Shown here piece after piece: positions 42,641 through 51,464 of a DNA stretch of 64,000 nt. Location of the stretch: the IMG/VR virus record IMGVR_UViG_3300043788_000023, positions 64,001-128,000 of that record, one strand, 5' to 3'. This DNA is from a virus. The notes beneath the pieces are model-generated. The model saw only the letters and a list, made by a program, of their open reading frames with translations, was not told where the DNA came from and searched no databases. The stretch's first letter is position 1. Every line of letters starts with the position of its first letter. The position numbers were made by a program, and so were the translations under genes.

Positions 42641-43597
42641 TTACCCCAAGAGCCAGCGTTGCTGGCGCAGACCTGCGCTGAACGGGCGGTTCGCAGTGAG
42701 AAGCGGTGCGACGGTGTTGAACTGCTGTTGGTAAGTCTGTGCGAGTGACTGGTACAGCGCTGACTTGTTGATGTCCAGCGACACGCCGTTCAGCGAGTAA
42801 CTGAACTCGTCGGCCGCCCAACGTGCGGACTCACCAGACAGGCAGTACGACGCGGCACCCAAGGCAGCGATGTTGCCCCAGTCAAACGGAATGTTGTCCA
42901 GCGTGAAATTGAAAAAGTTCATCGGGTTGTAGACGTTCAGCGTGGAGATCGCAATGCTGAGGTTCACAAGGATCGTGGTGTCCAGCCAGATGAAGCCAAC
43001 ACGGGTCGTGTAATTGGAAACCACCTTGCCGGGTGTCGGCGGGCGGAAGTGGTAGTTCCTGTCCGGGTTCGTGTCAGCGATAAGTTCACGCACCACACGG
43101 ATAGCCTGCGCATACATCGCTGGCGTCGTTCTTGCGGAGGCGATGGAAAGCTGCTTGCCGATGATCATTGACGGGGCTTCAAACGCCGGGTCAGCCGGGT
43201 CAATGGACTGGACGATGAAGTCCATGTGGACGTAGTTTGCCGGGCAGTTGGCGGCGTACTGCTGAAGCTGCCAGACGATCTTGTAGATGCCCTGTCCCCA
43301 CACGGTCGGGATAGTGAACTTGGCGTAGTAGGTGCCGAGGCTGGCACGGATCGGAATCTGACCAGGCGGAATTACGAGCGTTGAGCCTTCCGGGGGAAGC
43401 GGGGGTCCGCCTTCCATGTTGAGCGGCTGGTGCAGGTCGTACTCGTACGCCACCGTGGGCTTGGTCGGCACCAAGTCCCGCAACTTGAACACACTGTAGC
43501 TGATGTTGACTGGATCAACCAGATTTCCCTGCGCGTCGCGGACTAGGATCGCCAAGTCCTGCGTTCCGGTCTGTTGTCCTTTGGTTAAAACGATCAT
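42641..43597 (-). CDS. putative head-to-tail adaptor/neck protein
   Basis: C-terminal EFSYSLNGVSLDI.K...Y pattern; N-terminal Ig-like part; synteny. Confidence 0.6.
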   Translation of the reverse strand: MIVLTKGQQTGTQDLAILVRDAQGNLVDPVNISYSVFKLRDLVPTKPTVAYEYDLHQPLNMEGGPPLPPEGSTLVIPPGQIPIRASLGTYYAKFTIPTVWGQGIYKIVWQLQQYAANCPANYVHMDFIVQSIDPADPAFEAPSMIIGKQLSIASARTTPAMYAQAIRVVRELIADTNPDRNYHFRPPTPGKVVSNYTTRVGFIWLDTTILVNLSIAISTLNVYNPMNFFNFTLDNIPFDWGNIAALGAASYCLSGESARWAADEFSYSLNGVSLDINKSALYQSLAQTYQQQFNTVAPLLTANRPFSAGLRQQRWLLG

Positions 43598-43638
43598 GGA
43601 AAGGTCTGCTCCTACCCTAGATTTGCGTATTTATTTGT

Positions 43639-44208
43639 ATGATCCTCATTGACTTGTACGGTGGACCGGGTGCTGGGAAAACGACCCTCTCGTTCTATCT
43701 CATGTATCGCCTCAAGATGGCTGGAATCCGGGCTGAACTGGTCGGCGAAGCCGCCCGTGAGCACCACATCTACGACTCCATGCCGGGCAACGTCGCACCA
43801 CCGCTGCTTGACAACCAAGTCCTCTTGGCCGGACAGCAGTTTGAACGCATTCTGCGGTTGCAGCGTCATGACTTTGAAGTCGCCGTCAACGACTCGCCGC
43901 TGATCCAAGGCATGCTTTACTGCGAAGGGCAGGCGTACCACGATCACCTGAAGAAAACCATCCGGTCTTTGGAGCCGTATTTTGAAACCTACAAGGTCAT
44001 GATCCATCCACGACCCGGCAGCTATGACCCGGAGAGCCGGGTGCAGCGCACAGAGAAAGAAGCACGGGCGCTGGATGCGACGGTCGTCAAATTGGCAAAG
44101 GGGAAGTTCTGGTCGGAAGTTGGCTGGGAAGACTGGGACACGCTGGGCGACGCTGTCGTCGCCTTGGCTCTGTTGAAGCGAAAGAAAAAGAAGACTAGCC
44201 GTAAGTGA
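43639..44208 (+). CDS. P-loop nucleotide kinase-like protein (NadR/AAA_28-like)
   Basis: IDLYGGPGAGKTT, ELVGEAARE, DSPL, R.Q motifs. Confidence 0.75.
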   Translation: MILIDLYGGPGAGKTTLSFYLMYRLKMAGIRAELVGEAAREHHIYDSMPGNVAPPLLDNQVLLAGQQFERILRLQRHDFEVAVNDSPLIQGMLYCEGQAYHDHLKKTIRSLEPYFETYKVMIHPRPGSYDPESRVQRTEKEARALDATVVKLAKGKFWSEVGWEDWDTLGDAVVALALLKRKKKKTSRK

Positions 44209-44761
44209 TCCTCTCTTTTGATTCCATCAGGTTCTTGATCCACTCAAAGATGTTGTTCACGCCTATCGTGCCGTCTACGCGGTAAAGTTGCGCCTCACGG
44301 TCGTAGTAGCCGATCAACGGGGCGGTGCGGGTTGCGTATTCTTCCATGCGTTCGCCAATAGTCCCCGCGTTGTCGTCGGGACGTCCCTCGTTACGAGCCG
44401 CAATGCGGCGGAGAACTTCCTCCTCCGGTACTTGGAGCAGGATCGCGAGGGGATGCCCGTAGTGAGCGTAGTACCATTCCGCTTGCGTGACAGTGCGGGG
44501 ATAACCATCAAGAATGTAGCCGTCTTCGCAGTCTTCTTGCCCCAAGCGGGAAGTGATCAGGTCCTCCATCAGGTTGTCCGGCACAAGCAGACCCTTGTCA
44601 AGAGTCTCCTTGACAGCCATACCGAGGATGCTTCGTCGCTGGACATTGAAGCGCAGTATTTCTCCGGTGGAGATGTGGGGAATTCCAAAGTAGGCGGACA
44701 GGAGCTTTCCCTGAGTGCCCTTGCCAGAACCAGGCGATCCGATCAGGACAACGGGCATCAT
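44195..44761 (-). CDS. adk: adenylate kinase (short LID type)
   Basis: GSPGSGKGTQ, HISTGEILR, LVPD, GYILDGYPRT, GRPDD. Confidence 0.92.
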   Translation of the reverse strand: MMPVVLIGSPGSGKGTQGKLLSAYFGIPHISTGEILRFNVQRRSILGMAVKETLDKGLLVPDNLMEDLITSRLGQEDCEDGYILDGYPRTVTQAEWYYAHYGHPLAILLQVPEEEVLRRIAARNEGRPDDNAGTIGERMEEYATRTAPLIGYYDREAQLYRVDGTIGVNNIFEWIKNLMESKERITYG

Positions 44762-44928
44762 GCGTTCCATCCTGCGAAGAACGCCTTCCAAGCGTTCTCG
44801 GTGTACGGCGAAACGTATTCACCGTTGGCGCACTGATCCAGCGAGTACCAGATAGGCTTGACGCCTTCCCTCGTCCAGAACTCAAACTCGGCGCGAGCCT
44901 TCTTTTCGTTCTTTTGTTCAGATGTCAT
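44758..44928 (-). CDS. small hypothetical protein
   Basis: ATGA-coupled; R.EFE.W...Y....T..AW.AF.AG pattern. Confidence 0.5.
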   Translation of the reverse strand: MTSEQKNEKKARAEFEFWTREGVKPIWYSLDQCANGEYVSPYTENAWKAFFAGWNA

Positions 44929-45221
44929 TTCGTCTCCGTGCCGCAAGTCGTGTCGCCCGGTGGTAAGAATGCAACACCGATGTCATGGATTCCCTTGACG
45001 ACATGATCTTTGTGTTTCTCGTCAGTCCAATAAACATTGTACGTGTTGAAGGTGATCTGTTCAATGACCACCTCATTGTAGCAGGCGTGGGCGGTGCCGT
45101 TGCCCGGATTCACGGTGATCAAAGCCGGAGTTGAGTAATGAGTGAGCGACCCGCCCGCAGGCGGTTTGGAACTGCCGCAGCCTACAAGAACCAGTAAGAA
45201 AACCAACAGTGTCTTTTTCAC
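44925..45221 (-). CDS. small lipoprotein
   Basis: MKKTLLVFLLVLVGC lipobox. Confidence 0.65.
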   Translation of the reverse strand: MKKTLLVFLLVLVGCGSSKPPAGGSLTHYSTPALITVNPGNGTAHACYNEVVIEQITFNTYNVYWTDEKHKDHVVKGIHDIGVAFLPPGDTTCGTETK

Positions 45222-46048
45222 TTGTCCCCCGGATAGTTGCTGCGTGGTCTGCCTTCACCGAGGCGGACACGTTCGTACTTGTCAAACTCACAAAGGCAGT
45301 TCTGCAAATCCTGCGCGTGCAGCGGAGGCATGCCCGCAGCCTGTATCATTGGAAGGATTGCGGCTCTCAGCCCGCAGAGGGTGACGAACCATTCGCCCTC
45401 TTTCCAGTTCTGATTGACGGGTCGCCCCATGACACGGTTCAAGCCACGCTTGCTGCCCGGTCCCTCAACGGCGAACTCCCACCAGTCCAGCGCGGTGTCC
45501 AGCATGCGTGTGTACTTGGTGTCGCACACGATCTGCCCCGCCATGAAGCTGCCGATGCCGTTGAACTCAGTCAGACGCTTCTGCAAATGGGCGCAGCTTC
45601 TCGTCTCGCCAATGTAATCCCGTCGTTCCCACAGCGGGGTAAGAATGTTGTCGGCGATGTGAGCAACCTTGGAGCCGCCCTTCCCGGCGTGGATCATGTA
45701 TGCGCCCGTCCAAACCTTTTTGCCTGTGTCCGTCAAGCGCTGCATCACCGCCTTGAAGCCGTGACCCTGTCCCCACGGCACGGGGTAGCCTATCTCGGCG
45801 AGTGTGTCGGGCCAATTGACGTAGCGGGCGACTGCCATTGCGAACCACACATCGGGGTCGTTTGTGTTCGGATCACGCCAGTTTTCCTTGATCCATTGAG
45901 TGACGGTGTCGTCCTCGCGGTAGACGTTGCAGAAGCGGTAGTTCTGGAGGATGGGGTCTTGAGTCCAAGGCTTGGGCAAGCCCTGCTTGCGGTGCTGGAG
46001 CACGGCGTAGCGCTCGCTTACGAATCGGAAGAGGTCTTCGGTGCGCAC
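45218..46048 (-). CDS. aGPT-Pplase1-family DNA base hypermodification enzyme (amino acid:DNA transferase-like)
   Basis: ER...PWTQDPILQNYRFCNVYREDD, GAY, GIGSFMAGQI..D, GPGS.RGL, QNCLCEFDKY.R. Confidence 0.85.
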   Translation of the reverse strand: MRTEDLFRFVSERYAVLQHRKQGLPKPWTQDPILQNYRFCNVYREDDTVTQWIKENWRDPNTNDPDVWFAMAVARYVNWPDTLAEIGYPVPWGQGHGFKAVMQRLTDTGKKVWTGAYMIHAGKGGSKVAHIADNILTPLWERRDYIGETRSCAHLQKRLTEFNGIGSFMAGQIVCDTKYTRMLDTALDWWEFAVEGPGSKRGLNRVMGRPVNQNWKEGEWFVTLCGLRAAILPMIQAAGMPPLHAQDLQNCLCEFDKYERVRLGEGRPRSNYPGDK

Positions 46049-46279
46049 TTACTCATTATGCCCCGAGGGGGAAGCAATGTCAATCAGGGCGTTATCCTCA
46101 ACGAAGTCGTAATGCTCGGCGCACAGCCAGATGCCGTCACGCTTGATTGAAGCCGGGGCGTCACAAAAGCCGTAAGGCGAGTCGTCCCCAGAGTTGTGGC
46201 AACGCCCGGCACCTGAAGCATTCAAAGCTTCGCAGGTTCCGACGCTGGCACCACCAGTGATGAACTGACAGCGGTTCAT
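46049..46279 (-). CDS. small Cys-rich hypothetical protein
   Basis: C...CDAPA...LCAEH. Confidence 0.5.
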   Translation of the reverse strand: MNRCQFITGGASVGTCEALNASGAGRCHNSGDDSPYGFCDAPASIKRDGIWLCAEHYDFVEDNALIDIASPSGHNE

Positions 46280-46470
46280 GACGGGATTTTGTTCAGCACC
46301 AGCCAGTGGTCAGCTTCGCAGTCCTTGGCGAGGCGAATCAGCATGGAAGCGTGTGTCTCGCAAAGCTGCACAAGCTCGCCGTCGTGCTTCTTCAGGGTAG
46401 TAGTAGCGGGGTTCTCGCAGGTGAACTTCCTAGCATCATTGTCAGCGACGGTGAATTTGCAAGTAGCCAT
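46276..46470 (-). CDS. small Cys-rich hypothetical protein
   Basis: C...CENPA...LCETH, similar spacing to neighbour. Confidence 0.5.
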   Translation of the reverse strand: MATCKFTVADNDARKFTCENPATTTLKKHDGELVQLCETHASMLIRLAKDCEADHWLVLNKIPS

Positions 46471-46473
46471 GGA

Positions 46474-46779
46474 TTAGCCCACAGGGTATAGGTTGCCGAT
46501 CATGTCCGAAATCTGCTTGTATTCCGGTATGTCGCCGTTCTGCCAAATCTTCAGTTCTTCATACGGGCGGGTCACACGGACATCAAATTCGGCGGCTACT
46601 TTCTGGAGGACTCCTGCCACGGCGTTGATCTCTTCGTAGTTCAGCCCCTTGGCAAGCAGAAACTTTGCGGCAAGCCGTGTGATCGCGTAATTGAGATCGC
46701 CCACAGTCTCAAGCTGTTCAGACAGGGACTCTACGCATGGGTCAATGGGTTTCCGGTCGGATGGTTGTATGTACGGCAT
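46474..46779 (-). CDS. conserved phage hypothetical protein (MPYI...GDLNY...PYE..KI..NGD)
   Basis: Recognisable widespread phage motif set; TAATG coupling. Confidence 0.7.
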   Translation of the reverse strand: MPYIQPSDRKPIDPCVESLSEQLETVGDLNYAITRLAAKFLLAKGLNYEEINAVAGVLQKVAAEFDVRVTRPYEELKIWQNGDIPEYKQISDMIGNLYPVG

Positions 46780-47573
46780 TAGTTCACCTTTCTCCACGTC
46801 GCGCCTTCCATGACGTTGCTTTCGGTTTCGTAAACTGCCGATGGCTGGTAGGACTTTCGTAGTTCCTCGGGCAGTTCAAGCATCAGGGAATAGGCGATGA
46901 TACTGTAGCCCAGTAGGTCACGAGCGCTGTCCTCACGCTTCTCAAAGTTTCCGGCACGATTGTCAGCCTTGAGTTGAGCGTACCGGGCGATCTTGTCCCA
47001 CAGCCTGGGCAGGATACCTGGAAGGCCGTGCCTGCGGAAACTCTCGCCGTAATCCTGCGCCTTGGGGTGTAGGAATTCGCATGCAGCAGCGACACGTTCC
47101 CTGACAAGCTGTTCCGTGCTGTGGATGTCCTGAAGCTGGGCGTCGGTGAGTGCTTTTTCTTCCATCAGCACGAGCAGTGCCGATGTGTAAACCAAGAAGT
47201 GAAGGCCTTGCTCAACCATGTGGAGAAACATCGGAGACCACTTAGACGGCGGGGTGTTGCGGTTGTGCTCAATCAGGCTCTCAACCACAATGAAGCGGTA
47301 GAGCCACTGGAGCGCTATGTGCCCGAGGCTGCACGGCACGGCATCAAGCTCCGGCATGACGGTTTCTTTATCCAGTTGAGTGTCAATCCTGTCCCCGGCG
47401 ATGTACCCTACGCCGTTCAGGTAGGAAAGCTGGTCAGCGGATTGAAGAAGCTCTCTAGCTTCCTTTGCGCTGATATGGGTGGGGAGGTTCTCAATCACTG
47501 GCTTCCAGCCGTCGCCGCGAACCATCAGGCTTCGGCGTACCTCTTGCCAGAAGGGGGTAGTTTCATCGCTCAT
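46779..47573 (-). CDS. protein with C-terminal DUF1599/Nmad1-like (MazG-like, nucleotide-modification-associated) domain
   Basis: K..DYG.S......G...RL.DK.AR...EDS..DL.GY. Confidence 0.7.
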   Translation of the reverse strand: MSDETTPFWQEVRRSLMVRGDGWKPVIENLPTHISAKEARELLQSADQLSYLNGVGYIAGDRIDTQLDKETVMPELDAVPCSLGHIALQWLYRFIVVESLIEHNRNTPPSKWSPMFLHMVEQGLHFLVYTSALLVLMEEKALTDAQLQDIHSTEQLVRERVAAACEFLHPKAQDYGESFRRHGLPGILPRLWDKIARYAQLKADNRAGNFEKREDSARDLLGYSIIAYSLMLELPEELRKSYQPSAVYETESNVMEGATWRKVN

Positions 47574-47591
47574 ACCCCTTAATACTGCGAT

Positions 47592-47783
47592 TTAAGCTTC
47601 GTCTTCGTCGTCGCAGTTACATTGCACGACTGGGGAGGGGGCGGGATACTTTCCTGTCACCGACCGGACGAGCTTGATCACGAAGTCGCAAAGAATGCCT
47701 AAACCGAACAGAATAAAGCACCCGGTGATGAAAGCGTGACCGGGGTACCTAGCTATCCAGTCTAGAATGTCGTTTAGATTCAT
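47592..47783 (-). CDS. small membrane protein
   Basis: One hydrophobic helix; GAGGA RBS. Confidence 0.55.
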   Translation of the reverse strand: MNLNDILDWIARYPGHAFITGCFILFGLGILCDFVIKLVRSVTGKYPAPSPVVQCNCDDEDEA

Positions 47784-48030
47784 CTATCCTCACAAAGAAG
47801 TCAATGGCATCACGCAACGTGCCCTCTTCGTTCTCAAGCCGCCAGTACACGTCTTGCAGCCTGCTATGGTTTGCGGCTAGCCAATCCATCCTGTCGCTGT
47901 CGTCCAATTCTCACCTTCCCGAAGTACCTGATCTTGCCCTCTTTCGCCGCCTTGTTGATCTGGTGGCTAGCCCACAGGGTCATGACGATCCCCACGGAAC
48001 CCAGGCTGATGATGAAAATATCGTAGAGCA

Positions 48031-49836
48031 TCAATGGGACTCTACGCCAGAACCACCCGAGAACTGGGAAGCGGAGGCGGCTCTCGCTCTCGGCTTACGG
48101 GACTTCCTGATCGCCTTCAGTTTCTCTGGGATCACGGGTGCTGTGTCCTTCGTGTGCTTCATGTCGGTCTCAAAGCTCACGGAAGCCGTCACGGCACGCT
48201 TGAGGTCTCCGATGTTGATCGTCCGGTTCTTGGACTTCGCGAGCGTCATCGCCATGCGGATTGAGTTCTTGATCTGGCGACCGTTCACGTCGTAGCTGGA
48301 AAGCTCCGCAGCCCACTCCGGGTTGAGACCCGCAGCACCGAGGAGGTTCGTCCACACCTTCTGCGCTTTGCCTTCCTTCTTATAGTGCAGGGCGACGGAG
48401 ATGCGGCTGTAGAACGCTTGGTCAATCTTCCGCACACGGTTGGTCGTGAGGAAGAGCACACCGTTGTGATACTCAAGCAGGCGCAGGAACACGCCCACCA
48501 TTGCGTTGCGTTCAATGTTGTGCTCGTCACGCTCTTCAAGGAAGATGTCTGCCTCGTCAAGCAGGAGCACGGCGTCCCAGATGACGGCGACGTCAAGGAT
48601 GTTGCGCAGCTTCTTTTCCAGCGTGTCGGTGCTGGTGCCGAGTTCGCCGACGCCAACGGAGTACAGAGGCTTGTGGAGGAGTTCTGCCACGGCTTCTGCC
48701 GAGGCGGTCTTGCCCCAGCCCGGAGGCCCGTGAAGCAGGAAGATCGTCCCGCCGCCTTTGCCCTCAATGATGTCTTGGAAGCCCGATCCGTGGAACTTGA
48801 CAAGCGAGTAGATCAAGTCCTTCTTGTCTTCCTCCACGACGAGTTTGTCCCATGCGTCATCACGCCACTGGATGTCGGTCATGCCGTCAAGGTCAAGCTT
48901 GCCCCACTGCTTCACAGCGAGGGAGAACCCGTAAAGCTGCGGTAGGCAGCGCCAGTAATCCTTATCCGCGATGTCAGTGTTGGCACGAACCTGACCACCA
49001 CGCTGGCGTTCCTCTTCAATCTGGACGCCGCAGCGTGCGACGCAGGAGCGCCAGACTTCAGGTTCTTGGCGTTCAAACGAGATCGGATCAATGACGACAC
49101 GACCGTCAGCACGGAACGTGCGGGCGTTCCACCAGCTAGGCTGTTCCAGCGTGCCCTTGTAGGCAACGTAGGTACCCGGCTTGAGGAAGCGTGCGAACCG
49201 CTTGCCACGTTCCGTCAAGAACGCTCTGTCCTTTTTCGTCACGGGACGCACGGGCAGGTCTGCCAGCGGTATGAGACCACGAAAGCCCGGCATTGAGTAC
49301 GAGTACAAGCCCTGTGCGACCTCGCCCTTGACGGCGTGGACGACACTGATTGTGAACTCCCAGTAGACGCCCGCGAAGAAGGAGCGCTGGAGCTTCACGG
49401 ACTTCACGATGCCGCCAATCAGACCCTCGTCGTAGGTCTTCGCCACGATCTCGGTGCCAGCAGGGAACACGGTCTCTATGTCGCTCATCTCAACGAGACC
49501 CTTTTCCTTGCGTTTCTCGTAGGAGGTGACACGGCGCTGTTTCTCTTCTTGCAGGATGGTGATGAGCGTGCCCTTGGACGGGTGATTGATGTGGTTGATG
49601 AGGTCAATATAGTCGGCGAGAAAAGCAACGGGGTAGCGGTGTCCGAATTCCTCAACCATTTCTTCTTCAAGAGAATTGGTCAGATAGGACCAGACGTAGT
49701 CACGCATGCCGCCAAACTTCGGGTCACGCATGTCAATGAACTTGTGCCCACGGTCTTCAAGAAGCTGGAACCCGGCGTTTTTGGAAACGACGACTGGCTT
49801 CTCGTTGTAGGTGTAGTACTCGTAGCTTCTTGCCAA
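48031..49836 (-). CDS. AAA+ ATPase
   Basis: LLHGPPGWGKT, LLLDEAD, LFLTTNR, IDQAFYSRI. Confidence 0.9.
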   Translation of the reverse strand: MARSYEYYTYNEKPVVVSKNAGFQLLEDRGHKFIDMRDPKFGGMRDYVWSYLTNSLEEEMVEEFGHRYPVAFLADYIDLINHINHPSKGTLITILQEEKQRRVTSYEKRKEKGLVEMSDIETVFPAGTEIVAKTYDEGLIGGIVKSVKLQRSFFAGVYWEFTISVVHAVKGEVAQGLYSYSMPGFRGLIPLADLPVRPVTKKDRAFLTERGKRFARFLKPGTYVAYKGTLEQPSWWNARTFRADGRVVIDPISFERQEPEVWRSCVARCGVQIEEERQRGGQVRANTDIADKDYWRCLPQLYGFSLAVKQWGKLDLDGMTDIQWRDDAWDKLVVEEDKKDLIYSLVKFHGSGFQDIIEGKGGGTIFLLHGPPGWGKTASAEAVAELLHKPLYSVGVGELGTSTDTLEKKLRNILDVAVIWDAVLLLDEADIFLEERDEHNIERNAMVGVFLRLLEYHNGVLFLTTNRVRKIDQAFYSRISVALHYKKEGKAQKVWTNLLGAAGLNPEWAAELSSYDVNGRQIKNSIRMAMTLAKSKNRTINIGDLKRAVTASVSFETDMKHTKDTAPVIPEKLKAIRKSRKPRARAASASQFSGGSGVESH

Positions 49837-49855
49837 AGGAGTAACCTCTCAAGTG

Positions 49856-49884
49856 AGCATAACCCCCTTGGCGGGGAACGTCAA
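49856..49884 (-). promoter_or_regulatory. sigma70-type promoter TTGACG-N17-TATGCT
   Basis: Near-consensus boxes upstream of AAA gene (GAGAGG RBS, TTG start). Confidence 0.7.
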
Positions 49885-49922
49885 GCGGCGGCCGTTATGG
49901 TTTATCTCCGCCCATCAGCCGG

Positions 49923-49967
49923 AAAAAAGACCGGAGCGCCCACGCACCTGCGAAGGCCACCCCGGTC
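49923..49967 (-). terminator. Rho-independent terminator after NAMPT gene
   Basis: GACCGG/CCGGTC-closed GC stem followed by T6. Confidence 0.6.
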
Positions 49968-49994
49968 CACATCAATGCTTCGGGCCAGTTCAAA

Positions 49995-51464
49995 CTAAAC
50001 TCCCACACCGTTCGCTTGGGCGTATTCCGCACCCTGCTCGTCCGCGATCTTGCGGATTTCGTCAAGGTTCTGGAAGCGCTTCATCTCGCCGTTGAGAAAA
50101 ACCGTCTCAAGGCGGTCAAACGGGTAAGGGACATCACGATTTGAATTCACCACAGTCGCCCAGCGACCACGATCCTGCTTGAGCAGTACGAGGCGTCCGC
50201 CCTTGCTTGCCTTGCCCTTGTCGGTGGACGGGTCCTTGGACACCGGGATGTCCTTGCCGTCAATCACCGCGTTGCAAAGCTTGATGGCGAACTTCTGGGT
50301 GTCACGGTTGACCTTCTGGAGTAAGCCGCCTCCCATACCGCAGACGATGTTCTCGGTTGACCAGTGTGCTGCCTTGATGGCACGAAGCAGCGAGTGGATG
50401 GAGTACAAGTCCATACCGTCTCCCCACAGGGTGCCGATGCACGGGGCAAGAACCTTGTAGCCCTTGCCGTTCTCACGGGTGCCGAAGCTCTCGGCGAAGA
50501 TGTCAAACAGTTGGGGAACCTGAGTGGTCGGATCGCCGGAGTCCGGTCGGCAAACCACCTTGCCCTCACGAGCACGAATCAGATCACGAAACTCTCGTCC
50601 GAGAATTTCCTTTGCGAAGTTGAAGATGTTGTAGGAGTCGCCCACAAGGCTGATGATGCCCTTGGGGTACTTACGCAGCGCGGCTCCGACTTGCTCCGCT
50701 TCGCCAGCGCGACCCTTGATGGTGAACATTGAGTGCTCGGTCGCCGGGACGCTGTACATTGAGACGCGAGGAGCACCGTAGTACTGGTGCGTGTAGTCCA
50801 TGCCGACCATCGTATCGCTACCGAGAAAGTTGATGCCGTGCGCTGCGCCGCCACGCCCAGCCGCCTGCACGCATTCCACGCCCCGGAAGCCGAAGTCGTG
50901 AAGCTGGAAGGGGAGAGCCGCCAAGGTGTCGGCTGTTTCCTCAAGAAACTTGCGGAAGAGTTCTTTGCACATGCGTGACTTGGTCGCAACCGTGGTGCCG
51001 TACCAAGCGTGTTGGAGAACAGTCTCCATCCACTGCCCGATTCCCGGCACCCGCTGATCTGTGGAGCGGACGGTGTAGAGAACATTGCTGACCGGAACGA
51101 TGCTGCCTTCTTTGACCGCTTTGATCTCAACCGGGAGCCGCCCGTCATACTTGTCCAGAATGTATTTCCAGTCGTCGTAGTGGAACGGGAAGCCCTCGTA
51201 GAAGTGGGCTTGGGTGTCTTCCTGCATGTCGTTCAGGTTTTGCAGGGTGAAGAACTTGCCGATGAAATGCTCAATCAAGAGACCTTGAAGCCCGAAGAAC
51301 TGGGTGTACGGAAACTCGCCGCCACGAGATTCAAAGTAGGCGAGCAACTCCTGCACAGCCGCTTCGTAAAAATGGGTGTTCTTGTAGCTGTCCGCCAAGT
51401 GGAGCGGGTTGGGGTCAAACGGTATCGGTGCAGCGTAAGACAAAGTCGGGTTATACACTTGCAT
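49995..51464 (-). CDS. nadV: nicotinamide phosphoribosyltransferase
   Basis: DSYK.H, LHDFGFRG, SVPATEHS, RPDSGDP, GMGGGLLQKVNRDT. Confidence 0.92.
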   Translation of the reverse strand: MQVYNPTLSYAAPIPFDPNPLHLADSYKNTHFYEAAVQELLAYFESRGGEFPYTQFFGLQGLLIEHFIGKFFTLQNLNDMQEDTQAHFYEGFPFHYDDWKYILDKYDGRLPVEIKAVKEGSIVPVSNVLYTVRSTDQRVPGIGQWMETVLQHAWYGTTVATKSRMCKELFRKFLEETADTLAALPFQLHDFGFRGVECVQAAGRGGAAHGINFLGSDTMVGMDYTHQYYGAPRVSMYSVPATEHSMFTIKGRAGEAEQVGAALRKYPKGIISLVGDSYNIFNFAKEILGREFRDLIRAREGKVVCRPDSGDPTTQVPQLFDIFAESFGTRENGKGYKVLAPCIGTLWGDGMDLYSIHSLLRAIKAAHWSTENIVCGMGGGLLQKVNRDTQKFAIKLCNAVIDGKDIPVSKDPSTDKGKASKGGRLVLLKQDRGRWATVVNSNRDVPYPFDRLETVFLNGEMKRFQNLDEIRKIADEQGAEYAQANGVGV

